A stretch of 64,000 nucleotides of DNA, taken from contig DNVR01000019.1 in assembly GCA_003507445.1 (NCBI GenBank), forward strand, positions 76,395 through 140,394, written 5' to 3'. Made by a program: the position numbers and the translations under genes. Below are positions 17,893 through 28,429 of this stretch, piece by piece (within the stretch, counting starts at the first letter, position 1; every line of letters starts with the position of its first letter). This DNA comes from Candidatus Moraniibacteriota bacterium (lineage in GTDB: Bacteria > Patescibacteriota > Minisyncoccia > Moranbacterales > GWC2-37-73). A model generated the notes under the pieces. That model had not been told where the DNA came from. It did no database searches and saw nothing but the letters and a program-made list of their open reading frames with translations.

Positions 17893-19413
17893 ATGCAAAA
17901 AATAACAGTTCCAATCATTGGAATGCATTGCAAATCTTGTGAAATTCTTGTTGAAAATAAGCTTTCTGAAATCAGCAAGATCAAAAAAATAGACGTCAAT
18001 TGTAAGAAAGGAACAGCTGATATTTATTACGAATCTCAAAAACCCAATATGGTGGAAATAGAAAAAGCCATCAGGGAAGCGGGTTATGCGGTTGGAGTGG
18101 CAGAAAAAAAACCGTTGTTCAGTCGGAATATAAATGAATATAAAGATTTGGGGATCGCCTTTTTGTTTCTGTTTGGTATTTATTTGATTGCAAAAAATTT
18201 AGGGCTAGCTGACATTGGAGTAAGTTCCGCATCAAATCCATCGAGCTTGGGCGTGGTTTTCTTGGTGGGGATTACGGCTGGGATTTCAACTTGTATGGCG
18301 TTGGTGGGAGGTTTAATTTTGGGAATTTCTGCTCGTCATTCTGAGAAACATCCTGAGGCTACTGCCGCGCAAAAGTTTCGTCCGCATTTATTTTTCAATG
18401 CCGGCAGGATTGTGATTTACGCCTTGTTGGGTGGACTGCTTGGTTTGATCGGTTCTTCATTTCAATTGTCGGGAGTGACTTTGGGAATTCTGACAATTGC
18501 AGTAGGAGTTGTGATGTTGTCACTTGGACTAAAATTGATTGGAATTTTTCCTCGTTTGGAAAATGGTGGAATAGCTTTGCCGAAAAGCATCAGCAGTGCG
18601 TTGGGCATTCACCCTGTTAAATCCTGCGAAGCAGGTGCTCGCAGTAGCGAGCAATTTAACAGGGTAAAAAATAATACCAAAGAATATAGTCATAAAAATT
18701 CATTCGTTATGGGTGGACTGACATTTTTCTTGCCCTGTGGCTTCACGCAAGCGATGCAACTTTATGCTGTGAGCAGTGGAAGTTTCACTCAGGGTGCAAT
18801 GATTATGGGTATTTTTGCACTTGGAACAGCTCCTGGACTCTTGGGTATTGGCGGTCTGGCTAGTGTGGTGCGCGGAATTTTTGCTCAAAGATTTTTTAAG
18901 TTCGCTGGAATCCTCGTGATATTTTTGGCGATGTTTAATATTGCCAATGGATATAATCTGACTGGCTGGCAAGTGTCGAAAGTTGAAAGTCGAAAGTTGA
19001 AAGTTGAAAGTGTGATTGATCCTAATGTGACAATGGAAAACGGCGTGCAGGTTGTTAGAATGAAGGAAATTGCCAGTGGATATTCTCCGAACAAATTCAC
19101 AATCAAAAAAGACGTGCCAGTGAAATGGATTATTGATGCTCAGGCTCCGTATTCTTGTGCCAGCAGTCTTGTGGTTTCAAGTTTGAAAATTCAAAAAACT
19201 TTAAAGGCAGGCGAAAACATTATTGAATTTACACCAACAAAAACAGGTAAAATCCCATTTTCTTGTTCTATGGGTATGTATACTGGCGCATTCACAGTTA
19301 TTGATGAAAATAGTGATGAGGTGGTGGTTGAAGACGACCTGGTTGAAAAGCAGGCTTCTGGTGGAATATGCAATAAGCAAGGATGTAATATAAATAAAGA
19401 TCGAATTAAATAA
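17893..19413 (+). CDS. HMA domain + DsbD_2/TauE-like membrane domain + cupredoxin fusion
   Basis: GMHCKSC, STCMALVGG, FFLPCGFTQ, FSCSMGMY. Confidence 0.9.
   Translation: MQKITVPIIGMHCKSCEILVENKLSEISKIKKIDVNCKKGTADIYYESQKPNMVEIEKAIREAGYAVGVAEKKPLFSRNINEYKDLGIAFLFLFGIYLIAKNLGLADIGVSSASNPSSLGVVFLVGITAGISTCMALVGGLILGISARHSEKHPEATAAQKFRPHLFFNAGRIVIYALLGGLLGLIGSSFQLSGVTLGILTIAVGVVMLSLGLKLIGIFPRLENGGIALPKSISSALGIHPVKSCEAGARSSEQFNRVKNNTKEYSHKNSFVMGGLTFFLPCGFTQAMQLYAVSSGSFTQGAMIMGIFALGTAPGLLGIGGLASVVRGIFAQRFFKFAGILVIFLAMFNIANGYNLTGWQVSKVESRKLKVESVIDPNVTMENGVQVVRMKEIASGYSPNKFTIKKDVPVKWIIDAQAPYSCASSLVVSSLKIQKTLKAGENIIEFTPTKTGKIPFSCSMGMYTGAFTVIDENSDEVVVEDDLVEKQASGGICNKQGCNINKDRIK
18611..18665. mobile_element. 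CCCTGTTAAAT..ATTTAACAGGG hairpin element in frame in the copper gene
   Basis: 12-bp terminal inverted repeat with two internal hairpins; encodes HPVKSCEAGARSSEQFNRV. Confidence 0.8.
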
Positions 19414-19418
19414 TTTAT

Positions 19419-19550
19419 AGGACTTACGCATTTTCTCAACAATTTCTTATTTGGCACGCTTTTGGATAAATATTCAATATCCAAAAGCTCAAAGAGTCGC
19501 TGTCGCCGACTATTGGCCAAAAAAGAAATGTTTCGAAACGCGTAATTTGT
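19419..19550. repeat. 132-bp structured repeat, copy 2
   Basis: aggacttacgca..cgcgtaatttgt. Confidence 0.9.
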
Positions 19551-19564
19551 GAATTAAAAAATAT

Positions 19565-22351
19565 ATGAAAAGAATAAACCTGTCTCTTTCTGGAATGCAC
19601 TGTGCTTCCTGTGCAATGTTGATTGAAAAAGTGCTTGCAAAAACTCCTGGTGTACAAAAAGCCAGTGTGAATTTTTCTGCAGAAAAAGTTTTGATTGATT
19701 TTGATGAAAATATAACCGATCCGCAAAAACTTATTGCTGCAATAGTTAAAGGTGGATATGGTGCTGAAGAAATTGATGCTAAAGATAGTGAATTTGAAAA
19801 GAAAAAAAGGGATCATGAGATCTCAGAATATTTTTCAAAATTTATGTTTAGCGCTTTGCTTAGTGTGCCGATGTTGTATTTTATGCTTTTGGATTTTTTT
19901 AAATGGCTTCCAGGGGAAAAAACTTTTGCGCCATACATTGGTGTGTTTTCATTGCTTTTGACAATTCCTGTGCAGTTTGTGATTGGTTCAGGCTTTTACA
20001 AGGGAATGTGGTCATCGCTAAGGATGAAGACGTTTAATATGGACAGCTTGATTGCAATTGGAACTTCGACTGCTTTTTTCTTCAGTTTGTATAACTATGT
20101 GACATATGTCATTGCTAATAATTCCTTGATCGGAGTTGGTGGTATGAAAATTCCTGATCTGTATTTTGAAACAGCAGCTTATTTGATCACATTTGTGATT
20201 CTTGGAAAATGGTTGGAAATTAGAACAAAGGGAAAGACATCTGATGCGATCAAAAAATTGATGGGGCTGCAAGCGAAAACAGCCCGCGTGATTCGTGGTG
20301 GCGAGACGCTTGATATTGCAATTGATGACGTGATTCATGGTGATATCATTATTGTTCGCCCTGGAGAAAAAGTTCCTGTTGATGGAAAAATTACCAAGGG
20401 AACATCTGCCGTGGATGAATCTATGATTACAGGAGAAAGCTTGCCAGTAGAAAAAAATATCGGAAGTATGGTTGTTGGTGGAACTATTAATAAGACAGGA
20501 AGCTTTGAGTTTGAAGCTACAAAAATTGGTTCAGAAACAACATTAGCTCAAATCATTCGCTTGATTGAAGAAGCGCAAGGATCAAAAGCACCGATTCAAA
20601 ATTTTGCCGACAGTATTTCTGCTTGGTTTGTTCCAGCTGTGATTGGAGTTGCAATTTTGACTTTCATTGTCTGGTATTTTTTCTTGGGAGCAACTTTAGC
20701 TTTTGCTTTGTTGGCATTTACTTCGGTAATTGTGATTGCATGCCCATGTGCACTTGGTTTGGCAACCCCGACATCATTAATGGTTGGAACAGGTAAGGGC
20801 GCTGAATATGGCGTGCTTGTAAAAGGTGGAGAAGCGCTTGAAGCTGCAAGCAATATTTCAGCTGTAGTCTTTGACAAGACTGGAACGCTTACCAAAGGAA
20901 AGCCTGAGGTGGTAAAAATAATTTCAAATCCTGCTTTTGATTTTGATGAGGATAAGATTTTAAAAATATCATCAAGCATTGCAAAACATTCCAATCATCC
21001 CTTGTCTCAAGCTGTTGTAAGATATGGCGAAAAACAAAATATTCAACTAGCTGATTTTGGAGATTTTCAAGAAGTCCCTGGAAAAGGAATAATTGCAAAA
21101 TGCTTAACACATAATAAGGAAATAGTTTTGGGTAATATTAGAATTCTAGAGCAAGTAGGAGTCCAAACTTCTTGGGCAAAAAATCTTCTGGAAAATGAAT
21201 CTGTAAGCGCTGGGACATTACTTTTTGTGGTGCATAATGGCGATGTTGTGGGGGCAATTTCAATTGCTGATGAAGTAAAAGAAGAATCAAAAAAAGTGGT
21301 GGCAAAACTTCAAAAAATGGGTATTGAGGTTTGGATGATTACTGGAGACAATGCGCGCACAGCAAAAGCTATTGGCTTGCAGGTTGGAATCACAAATATT
21401 TTGGCAGAAGTTTTACCAGAAGATAAAGCTAACGAAGTTAAGAAACTTCAAGCTCAAAAAATAAAAAAACATTTCCATTTGTTTGGAAATTGGAAATTAG
21501 AAATTGGAAATTCCACCCGCAGGGTGGCTATGGTTGGAGATGGAATTAATGACGCTCCTGCACTAGCTCAAGCTAATGTAGGAATCGCAATGGGATCAGG
21601 AACTGATGTGGCAATGGAGGCAGGCGACATTGTTATAATGAAAAGTGATCTGAATGATGTGGTAACTTCATTTGAACTTTCAAAAGAAACGATGGGTAAA
21701 ATAAGACAAAATATGTTTTTTGCTTTATTTTACAATGTGATTGGAATTCCAATTGCTGCTCGTGTTTTCTTTGGAATCGGCTTGGTGTTAAAACCAGAAC
21801 TAGCAGGACTTGCTATGGCGATGAGTTCTATTTCAGTAGTTGGAAATTCATTGCTTCTTAAATTATTCAAGCCTGGCAAGAGAAACTATATTTCTTTGGT
21901 TGCGCCAATTATTATGATGGTAGTTTTCACGTTCGGATTTTATGAATTTGCAAAATTCAGCAGTGGAATGGAGAATACAGTTATTAATGAGGAGCAAATA
22001 AGGGTTGAATTTAATAAATTGAATTTGAATGCCCAAATAGAAATCATAAGTGAAGAGGCTGGAGTAAAGGCATTTTATTTTACTGATGAAAATAATGTTC
22101 CAAAAGAATTGCGGGAAGAAATAAACAGCAAAAGTTTCACGCCTGAAATAATCAATGGAAAAAAATATCAGAAAGTTTATATTGGTTGGGTAGAGGCGCA
22201 GATGATGATTGAAAAAGAACTTATCCAAAAATCAGGGGACAGAGCGGATGATTTTTTTGGAAACAGTGTCATCATTGAAATCTTGCCCAAAACCAAAACC
22301 ATTCTCGACAATTTCCATTTTGTCGGAGCTGATTTTCAGATCAAGAAATAG
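19565..22351 (+). CDS. copA: Copper-translocating P1B-type ATPase with C-terminal extension
   Basis: [34 protein letters not shown] and MAMSS motifs. Confidence 0.95.
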   Translation: MKRINLSLSGMHCASCAMLIEKVLAKTPGVQKASVNFSAEKVLIDFDENITDPQKLIAAIVKGGYGAEEIDAKDSEFEKKKRDHEISEYFSKFMFSALLSVPMLYFMLLDFFKWLPGEKTFAPYIGVFSLLLTIPVQFVIGSGFYKGMWSSLRMKTFNMDSLIAIGTSTAFFFSLYNYVTYVIANNSLIGVGGMKIPDLYFETAAYLITFVILGKWLEIRTKGKTSDAIKKLMGLQAKTARVIRGGETLDIAIDDVIHGDIIIVRPGEKVPVDGKITKGTSAVDESMITGESLPVEKNIGSMVVGGTINKTGSFEFEATKIGSETTLAQIIRLIEEAQGSKAPIQNFADSISAWFVPAVIGVAILTFIVWYFFLGATLAFALLAFTSVIVIACPCALGLATPTSLMVGTGKGAEYGVLVKGGEALEAASNISAVVFDKTGTLTKGKPEVVKIISNPAFDFDEDKILKISSSIAKHSNHPLSQAVVRYGEKQNIQLADFGDFQEVPGKGIIAKCLTHNKEIVLGNIRILEQVGVQTSWAKNLLENESVSAGTLLFVVHNGDVVGAISIADEVKEESKKVVAKLQKMGIEVWMITGDNARTAKAIGLQVGITNILAEVLPEDKANEVKKLQAQKIKKHFHLFGNWKLEIGNSTRRVAMVGDGINDAPALAQANVGIAMGSGTDVAMEAGDIVIMKSDLNDVVTSFELSKETMGKIRQNMFFALFYNVIGIPIAARVFFGIGLVLKPELAGLAMAMSSISVVGNSLLLKLFKPGKRNYISLVAPIIMMVVFTFGFYEFAKFSSGMENTVINEEQIRVEFNKLNLNAQIEIISEEAGVKAFYFTDENNVPKELREEINSKSFTPEIINGKKYQKVYIGWVEAQMMIEKELIQKSGDRADDFFGNSVIIEILPKTKTILDNFHFVGADFQIKK

Positions 22352-22536
22352 TTTTAAAAAATACACTAAGGCGGGTTCATATTTGATGGGTCTGCTTTTT
22401 TGTATCTGTTAATATTGAGTGACGATCAGAAGGGTTTTGACAATTATCCTGTTTGTGATAATGTGTAATATCCAATAAATTATTTTTTTGGAGCAGTTAT
22501 TTGTCAATAAAATCAACGAACAAAAGGAGAGATACA

Positions 22537-23829
22537 ATGAAAAAGGCGAATGTGAAGTTAGATGCTATCGAAGGTCATATTGGTGATCAGCTTGAAATTG
22601 AAGAATTACTCAGTAAGGGTGGAACAATCTATGAACATATGCTGGAAGCTTTGCCTGATTGTCCGCAAAGAGTCCAATATGCCCGTCTTTCTTATGAGAA
22701 TGCTATGAAATCAGGCATGTATTTTACTGGTGTTTATACGGTAAAATTTTTGCCAGAGGATGAGATGATTGCATGTCTCGAGGAAGTTATCCAGAAAAGT
22801 ATAAAAGCTGGTCGTGAAAACTGGGCAGATAATGCTATTAAAGCTTTTCCTCGAACAGGAAAATGGAATAACAGAAGGATTGAGTTACTGGAAGCGGTTA
22901 TAAAAAGGCACCTTGATGAAGGAATTGCAAATTGGGCAAAAGATGCCGCAATGGAAATTCCGAGAGATCTTACTTCGGCCGAGTTGGAAAGAATAATTTC
23001 TCAGCAACTGGAAAATGATTTTCCTCGAGCAGAAACGGCGGCTGGTATTCTGCGTAGATCGTTTACACTTGATGAGCTTAGAATTGCCGCCAACGGTGCA
23101 AAGAAGAAACAGTGGTGGGAATTGCTCATCAAAATCGCGCAGATGTTTCCAAAAGAAAATCAGAAAGAATGCGAATTGCTCATCAGTGAGGCGCATAAGG
23201 CTGTTGTCAAAAAAGGTGATGCAAGCGGCATAGATAAAATTTGCAAAGCTCAAGGGAATCGGAAAAAAACAACTGATGAGCTGAAAATTGTTTTTGAAAA
23301 GGCGTGCAAAGATTCAGGCGTGTTTCATAATAATGTTTCGTATTATGCTGAGGAGCTTGCAAAAGATCCTGCAAACATCGCTTATCTTGAAGATAAAGCA
23401 AAAATGCTTGTGGATGAATTTGCAGAAAATGCGCTTGATATTGCTCTGAAATTGCCAGGTACAAGTGTTGAAAGATGCAACATTATCGAAGTCATTGCCC
23501 TTAAAGCTCTTAAGCAAAAGCGGCAGAATCTTATCAAAAAATGCGCGCCTGCTTTGCCTGAAGGAAATGAGGCGCGTACAAAGTTGGCACAATATCTCGT
23601 AACTGAAGTGCGAAAAAAAGTGGGAAAATTCGATTCCATTAAAAGAGGAGAGGATGTTGAATTTGCAGTTGAGGCGGTAAAGCTTCTTCCTAAAGTTGCC
23701 GAGAAAACAAATCACTTATTGGATCTTTACAAATCTGCAAAGAGGATAGAGGATAGTCTCGATCGTCGAGATGATCGGAGCCCATCAGGATTTTACGAGG
23801 TCAAGATGGAGCTTAATCGCTGCGGGTAA
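22537..23829 (+). CDS. Hypothetical alpha-helical protein
   Basis: 430-aa ORF, RBS aggaga before ATG 22537, terminator after. Confidence 0.7.
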   Translation: MKKANVKLDAIEGHIGDQLEIEELLSKGGTIYEHMLEALPDCPQRVQYARLSYENAMKSGMYFTGVYTVKFLPEDEMIACLEEVIQKSIKAGRENWADNAIKAFPRTGKWNNRRIELLEAVIKRHLDEGIANWAKDAAMEIPRDLTSAELERIISQQLENDFPRAETAAGILRRSFTLDELRIAANGAKKKQWWELLIKIAQMFPKENQKECELLISEAHKAVVKKGDASGIDKICKAQGNRKKTTDELKIVFEKACKDSGVFHNNVSYYAEELAKDPANIAYLEDKAKMLVDEFAENALDIALKLPGTSVERCNIIEVIALKALKQKRQNLIKKCAPALPEGNEARTKLAQYLVTEVRKKVGKFDSIKRGEDVEFAVEAVKLLPKVAEKTNHLLDLYKSAKRIEDSLDRRDDRSPSGFYEVKMELNRCG

Positions 23830-23852
23830 ACTATGGAAAAATATTAAATAAT

Positions 23853-23884
23853 AGGGCGACACTGAAACAGTGTCGCCCTTTTTT
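23853..23884 (+). terminator. Intrinsic terminator
   Basis: agggcgacactg-aaa-cagtgtcgccct followed by T-run. Confidence 0.85.
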
Positions 23885-24027
23885 GTTACGTAACAGGTTA
23901 CGTAACACTCAAATATTGATAGGCTTTACATTTCGGGTTTTTGCTGATACAATTATCTCCAGTATAAATTTGAAATCTGGACTTGAAACAAAGAAAAATA
24001 TGATTTAGAGAAAGACCTGTTTTAATG

Positions 24028-24056
24028 CCTAAAACCTAATACCTAATACCTAATAT
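24028..24056. repeat. Heptamer array (CCTAATA), single arm
   Basis: cctaaaacctaatacctaatacctaata. Confidence 0.75.
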
Positions 24057-24067
24057 CTTCTTAAACT

Positions 24068-26860
24068 ATGGCTTCCAAAAAAGAAACTTCGAAACAAACA
24101 AATGAGATTGTAATCAAGGGTGCGCGAGTTAATAATCTCAAAAACATCGACGTTAACATCCCGAGGGATAAGTTCGTGGTGATTACGGGACTTTCTGGCT
24201 CGGGTAAATCATCGCTGGCTTTTGACACGATTTATGCCGAAGGTAATCGTCGATATATGGAAGGCCTTTCTTCGTATGCGCGAAATTTTTTGGATCCATC
24301 AGATAAGCCTGACGTGGATAAAATTGAAAATCTTTCCCCTCCAATTTCTATTGATCAAAAAAGCATTTCTCGTTCTCCGCGATCAACTGTTGGAACACTG
24401 ACTGAGGTTTATGATTATTTGCGTATTATGTATGCAAAAATCGGAGTGCTGCATTGCCCGGAGTGTGGGACATCAATGCAAAAAAGAAGCAATCAGGAAA
24501 TTTTGGATGAAATTTTAACATTTTCTCATCACACTCAGATTGCTATTTTGGCAAAGCCGAAGGATATTGCTGTTGGAAAAGAATTATTAAAACACATTGC
24601 GCAAATGGGCTATGCTCGTGTGCGTTTTAATGGAAAAATGTTTACGGTAGCGGAAGCTATGATGCTCAGCGAAAGTGAAATTGAAACTGATATTGAAATG
24701 GTTATTGATAGAATTGTGCTCGACAAGAAAAAACCTGATGTGGAAAGAATGTTAGACTCTATTGAAACAGCGATGAAAAACGGTGGCAATTCAATGAAGA
24801 TCTTGTTTGATAATGTTGAAGAACGTAATTATAACCAAGATTTCTTTTGCAGCGAATGCGGTGTGAAAATCAAAGAAGTGACGCCGCGTCATTTTTCTTT
24901 TAATAGTCCAGAGGGTGCTTGCGACCTGTGCTCCGGTTTAGGTTACACCTTAAAAGTAAATGAAGAACTTATTATTCCCAATAAAAATCTTTCTTTAATG
25001 GAAGGTGCAATTCAGCCCTGGAGCAAATCTGGTGGAAAAATAAGTGGACAGAGTGTGCAACTTTTGACGCTTAAAGATGTTGCAAAAAAATATAAGTTTT
25101 CAATGAACGTTCCGGTTAAAAAATTAACAGCTGATCAACTCAAAATTGTTTTACATGGTAATGATGGATTTGAAGGTGTAATTCCGGCATTAGAAAAAAA
25201 ATATCAAGAAACAAAATCTGATTATGTGCGCAGTGAAATTGAAAAATATATGACCGCACACACTTGTCCATCTTGCGATGGCAAGCGTCTTAAAAAAGAA
25301 TTTTTGGCGGTGGAAGTTCAAGGAAAAACAATAGATGTGATGGTCTCAATGAGTATAACTCATCTGAGAGAATTTTTTGAGAATGTTGAAAATTGGACAC
25401 AAACAACACAAGAGAAAAGCATAGGCAAACCTATTGTGCGAGAAATTTTGCAGCGTCTTAGTGCACTTGAAAACGTGGGATTGGAATATTTAAATTTGGG
25501 ACGATCAGCTCAAACAATTTCTGGTGGGGAAGCTCAACGTATCAGACTGGCTGCGCAACTCAATTCTCAATTGATGGGAATTGTATATGTTTTGGATGAA
25601 CCTTCCATCGGACTTCATTCTCGCGACACAGAAAAACTTATTAATACTATTAAAGCCTTGCAAAACGTTGGAAATTCATTGATTGTGGTTGAACACGATG
25701 AAAGCATCATTAAAGCTGCTGACTGGATTGTTGATATGGGTCCAGGGGCAGGAGAAGAAGGCGGAATCGTCGTTTTTGAAGGTGATTATAATCAACTTAT
25801 TAAATCTAAAAATCTTACTGCACAATATATATCTAAAAAGAAAAAGGTTTCAGAAAAGAAAAAAAATAGAGCTGGAAACGGTAAATTTATTGAAATTATC
25901 GGAGCTGAAGAAAATAATTTAAAAAATGTTGATATAAAAATACCATTGGAAAAATTTGTGGTTATTTGTGGAGTTTCAGGCAGTGGAAAATCAACTTTGG
26001 TAAAAAATATTTTAGCCAAAGCATTGTCGCGACATTTTTATAACACACGAGATCTTCCTGGTAAACACAAAAAAATCAAAGGATTTGAGCATATTAAAAA
26101 GGTTATTAGTATAAATCAAAATCCAATCGGACGCACTCCACGCTCAAATGCAGCAACGTATACTGGAGTGTTCTCACACATTCGCGACCTGTTTGCTGGA
26201 GTGGAGGAAGCAAAGAACAGAAATTATACTGCTAGTCGCTTTAGTTTTAATATGAAAGGTGGGCGCTGTGAAGTGTGCCAAGGGGAAGGCTCAAAGAAAA
26301 TAGAAATGCATCTGCTTCCTGATATGTATGTGAAATGCGAAGCTTGCGGAGGAACGAGGTTTAGCAAAAAAACCTTAGAGATTGAATATAAAGGCTTTAA
26401 TGTTGCACAGATTTTGGATATGGATGTGCGCTTGGCTCTGCGTTTTTTTGCAAGGCATCCGCTTATTGCTGAAAAACTTAAAACCATGGAAGATGTTGGT
26501 CTTGGATATTTGAAGCTCGGACAAAGTGCAACAAATCTTTCTGGTGGAGAAGCTCAGCGTATTAAACTTGCCACGGAGCTTGCACGAAAATCAACAGGCA
26601 GCACTTTGTATATTTTGGATGAGCCAACTGCAGGACTTCATTTTGATGATATCAGAAAATTGTTAAGCGTTCTTAATGCCTTGGTTGATAAAGGTAATAC
26701 AGTGATTGTGGTTGAACATAATCTTGATGTTGTTCGTGATGCTGATTGGGTGATTGAACTTGGACCGGATGGTGGCGACCTTGGTGGTTATCTCACTTTT
26801 GCTGGCACACCAGATCAACTTAAAAAAGACAAGAAAAGTTGGACCGCGAAATATTTGTAG
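24068..26860 (+). CDS. uvrA: Excinuclease ABC subunit A (copy 2, divergent paralog)
   Basis: Both Walker A motifs, SGGEAQR signatures and CxxC zinc fingers intact. Confidence 0.97.
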   Translation: MASKKETSKQTNEIVIKGARVNNLKNIDVNIPRDKFVVITGLSGSGKSSLAFDTIYAEGNRRYMEGLSSYARNFLDPSDKPDVDKIENLSPPISIDQKSISRSPRSTVGTLTEVYDYLRIMYAKIGVLHCPECGTSMQKRSNQEILDEILTFSHHTQIAILAKPKDIAVGKELLKHIAQMGYARVRFNGKMFTVAEAMMLSESEIETDIEMVIDRIVLDKKKPDVERMLDSIETAMKNGGNSMKILFDNVEERNYNQDFFCSECGVKIKEVTPRHFSFNSPEGACDLCSGLGYTLKVNEELIIPNKNLSLMEGAIQPWSKSGGKISGQSVQLLTLKDVAKKYKFSMNVPVKKLTADQLKIVLHGNDGFEGVIPALEKKYQETKSDYVRSEIEKYMTAHTCPSCDGKRLKKEFLAVEVQGKTIDVMVSMSITHLREFFENVENWTQTTQEKSIGKPIVREILQRLSALENVGLEYLNLGRSAQTISGGEAQRIRLAAQLNSQLMGIVYVLDEPSIGLHSRDTEKLINTIKALQNVGNSLIVVEHDESIIKAADWIVDMGPGAGEEGGIVVFEGDYNQLIKSKNLTAQYISKKKKVSEKKKNRAGNGKFIEIIGAEENNLKNVDIKIPLEKFVVICGVSGSGKSTLVKNILAKALSRHFYNTRDLPGKHKKIKGFEHIKKVISINQNPIGRTPRSNAATYTGVFSHIRDLFAGVEEAKNRNYTASRFSFNMKGGRCEVCQGEGSKKIEMHLLPDMYVKCEACGGTRFSKKTLEIEYKGFNVAQILDMDVRLALRFFARHPLIAEKLKTMEDVGLGYLKLGQSATNLSGGEAQRIKLATELARKSTGSTLYILDEPTAGLHFDDIRKLLSVLNALVDKGNTVIVVEHNLDVVRDADWVIELGPDGGDLGGYLTFAGTPDQLKKDKKSWTAKYL

Positions 26861-26869
26861 AGATGTCTG

Positions 26870-26986
26870 TGTCATTCCGGACTTGATCCGGAATCCAGGA
26901 TTTAACGCACTATTTTTTCTATTATAATATTCGTAATTTAATACTTGAGATATTAATCCTGGATTCCTGCCTACGCAGGAATGACA
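26870..26986. mobile_element. TGTCAT..ATGACA palindromic element
   Basis: tgtcattccggacttgatccggaatccagga ... tcctggattcctgcctacgcaggaatgaca. Confidence 0.85.
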
Positions 26987-27001
26987 AAGAAAAAAGTAAA
27001 G

Positions 27002-27460
27002 TTATAATGATAGCAAAATAATTGCTATCACTGAAAAAATAATATCGTTCGCTGCATTTCGGAGTGTCCAGAGTCTTTCTTTTGAGTCATCTGGAAATTT
27101 GTGAACTCGTTGGTGGAATTTATATATTTTTTCTAAAAATTTGAAATTAAGTTTCCAATAGAGTACTGTTAACAAATCAGGAAACATTGAGATGAGCGCA
27201 CCTGTTATTATTGAGATGGAAATTACTGACGGTATGTTTTTGGCATAAATTGCAAAAAGAATAATCACACCGCCGACAAGAAGATCAAGAATCACTTTCC
27301 AAGTTGTATTTTTGAAAGTTGATTTTTTTCCTAAATATTCTCCGTGGCGAAAAGTATCTAAAATGTAATGAAGGGGGATCAGGACTGCTGTTAATGCTAT
27401 TGGATTGTGAATGTACTTTCCAATGGCAGCGCCGACAAGGGCGTGAGTGGTAAGGATCAT
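27002..27460 (-). CDS. Membrane protein, YdjM/metal-dependent hydrolase-like
   Basis: MILTTHALVGAAI, HYILD..H, PD and H..H motifs; hydrophobic helices. Confidence 0.65.
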   Translation of the reverse strand: MILTTHALVGAAIGKYIHNPIALTAVLIPLHYILDTFRHGEYLGKKSTFKNTTWKVILDLLVGGVIILFAIYAKNIPSVISISIITGALISMFPDLLTVLYWKLNFKFLEKIYKFHQRVHKFPDDSKERLWTLRNAANDIIFSVIAIILLSL

Positions 27461-27469
27461 AGGGGTAAG

Positions 27470-27586
27470 AATTTCTAATGTCTAATTTCTAATATCTAAT
27501 AAAAAATTTAATGACAAAATGTCCAAAAGTTTCGTGCATTAGGAATTGGAAATTGATTAGAAATTGGTAATTAGGAATTAGAAATT
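27470..27586. repeat. Heptamer array (AATTTCT) with inverted arm (AGAAATT)
   Basis: aatttctaatgtctaatttctaatatctaat ... attagaaattggtaattaggaattagaaatt. Confidence 0.85.
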
Positions 27587-27637
27587 AAAGATAAATTTAG
27601 ATTCAAAAATTTTTATATTAAAAACAGGTTTAACTTT

Positions 27638-28342
27638 ATGGAGAAAATCGGAAAATTATATATCGTTGCTACCCCAATTGGTAATCTCGAGGACATTACT
27701 CTTCGCGCACTGCGTGTTTTGAAAGAGGTTGATATGGTGGCGTGCGAAGACACTAGGGTTACTCGAAAACTTCTAAATCATTATAACATAGAGACACAAG
27801 CAATTGTGTATCATCAACATACAAAAGACGATAAAATTAAGAAAATTATTGATGAAATTTTGGTTGGCAAAAATGTCGCTGTGGTAACTGATGCTGGCAC
27901 CCCAGGAGTTTCTGATCCTGGAAATATCTTGGTAGCTGAAGCTATTGCTAACAATATTGTTGTCTTGCCAATTCCAGGGGCTTCAGCTTTGGCTTCAATT
28001 ATCAGTGTGGCTGGGATTGATATGCAGCAATTTACATTTTTGGGTTTTCCTCCGCACAAGAAAGGACGGGAGACATATTTTAAAAAAGTATCAGTTAGTG
28101 AGATTCCTTTTATTTACTATGAATCACCACATCGCGTGATCAAAAATCTGGAATTATTGAAAACAATCGTAGAGACGCAAAATTTTGCGTCTCTACCGCA
28201 AGGGGAGAAAAAAATCATTCTCGGTCGCGAACTGACCAAAATGTTTGAAGAAGTGGTGCGCGGCAATATTAATGAGGTCTTGGAATATTTTGCAGAAAAT
28301 CCTTCAAAAATAAAAGGAGAATTTGTGATTGTTGTGTATTGA
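27638..28342 (+). CDS. rsmI: 16S rRNA C1402 2'-O-methyltransferase
   Basis: LYIVATPIGNLEDIT, ACEDTR, DAGTPGVSDPG, YESPHR, RELTKMFEE. Confidence 0.97.
   Translation: MEKIGKLYIVATPIGNLEDITLRALRVLKEVDMVACEDTRVTRKLLNHYNIETQAIVYHQHTKDDKIKKIIDEILVGKNVAVVTDAGTPGVSDPGNILVAEAIANNIVVLPIPGASALASIISVAGIDMQQFTFLGFPPHKKGRETYFKKVSVSEIPFIYYESPHRVIKNLELLKTIVETQNFASLPQGEKKIILGRELTKMFEEVVRGNINEVLEYFAENPSKIKGEFVIVVY
28169..28196. repeat. GTAG-type REP-like perfect palindrome in frame in rsmI
   Basis: gtagagacgcaaaa-ttttgcgtctctac; encodes VETQNFASL. Confidence 0.85.
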
Positions 28343-28429
28343 TAAATAGATTGTCATAATATTTGAAAAATCCCGCAAAAGCGGGTTTTTCTATTGCTCA
28401 AATCTATTTTATGGGGGTATAATAAAGGT

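Noticed and set aside
17749-19550. Composite transposon or prophage attachment sites
   Set aside because: No transposase or integrase in the window, and the enclosed gene is functionally coherent with its neighbours
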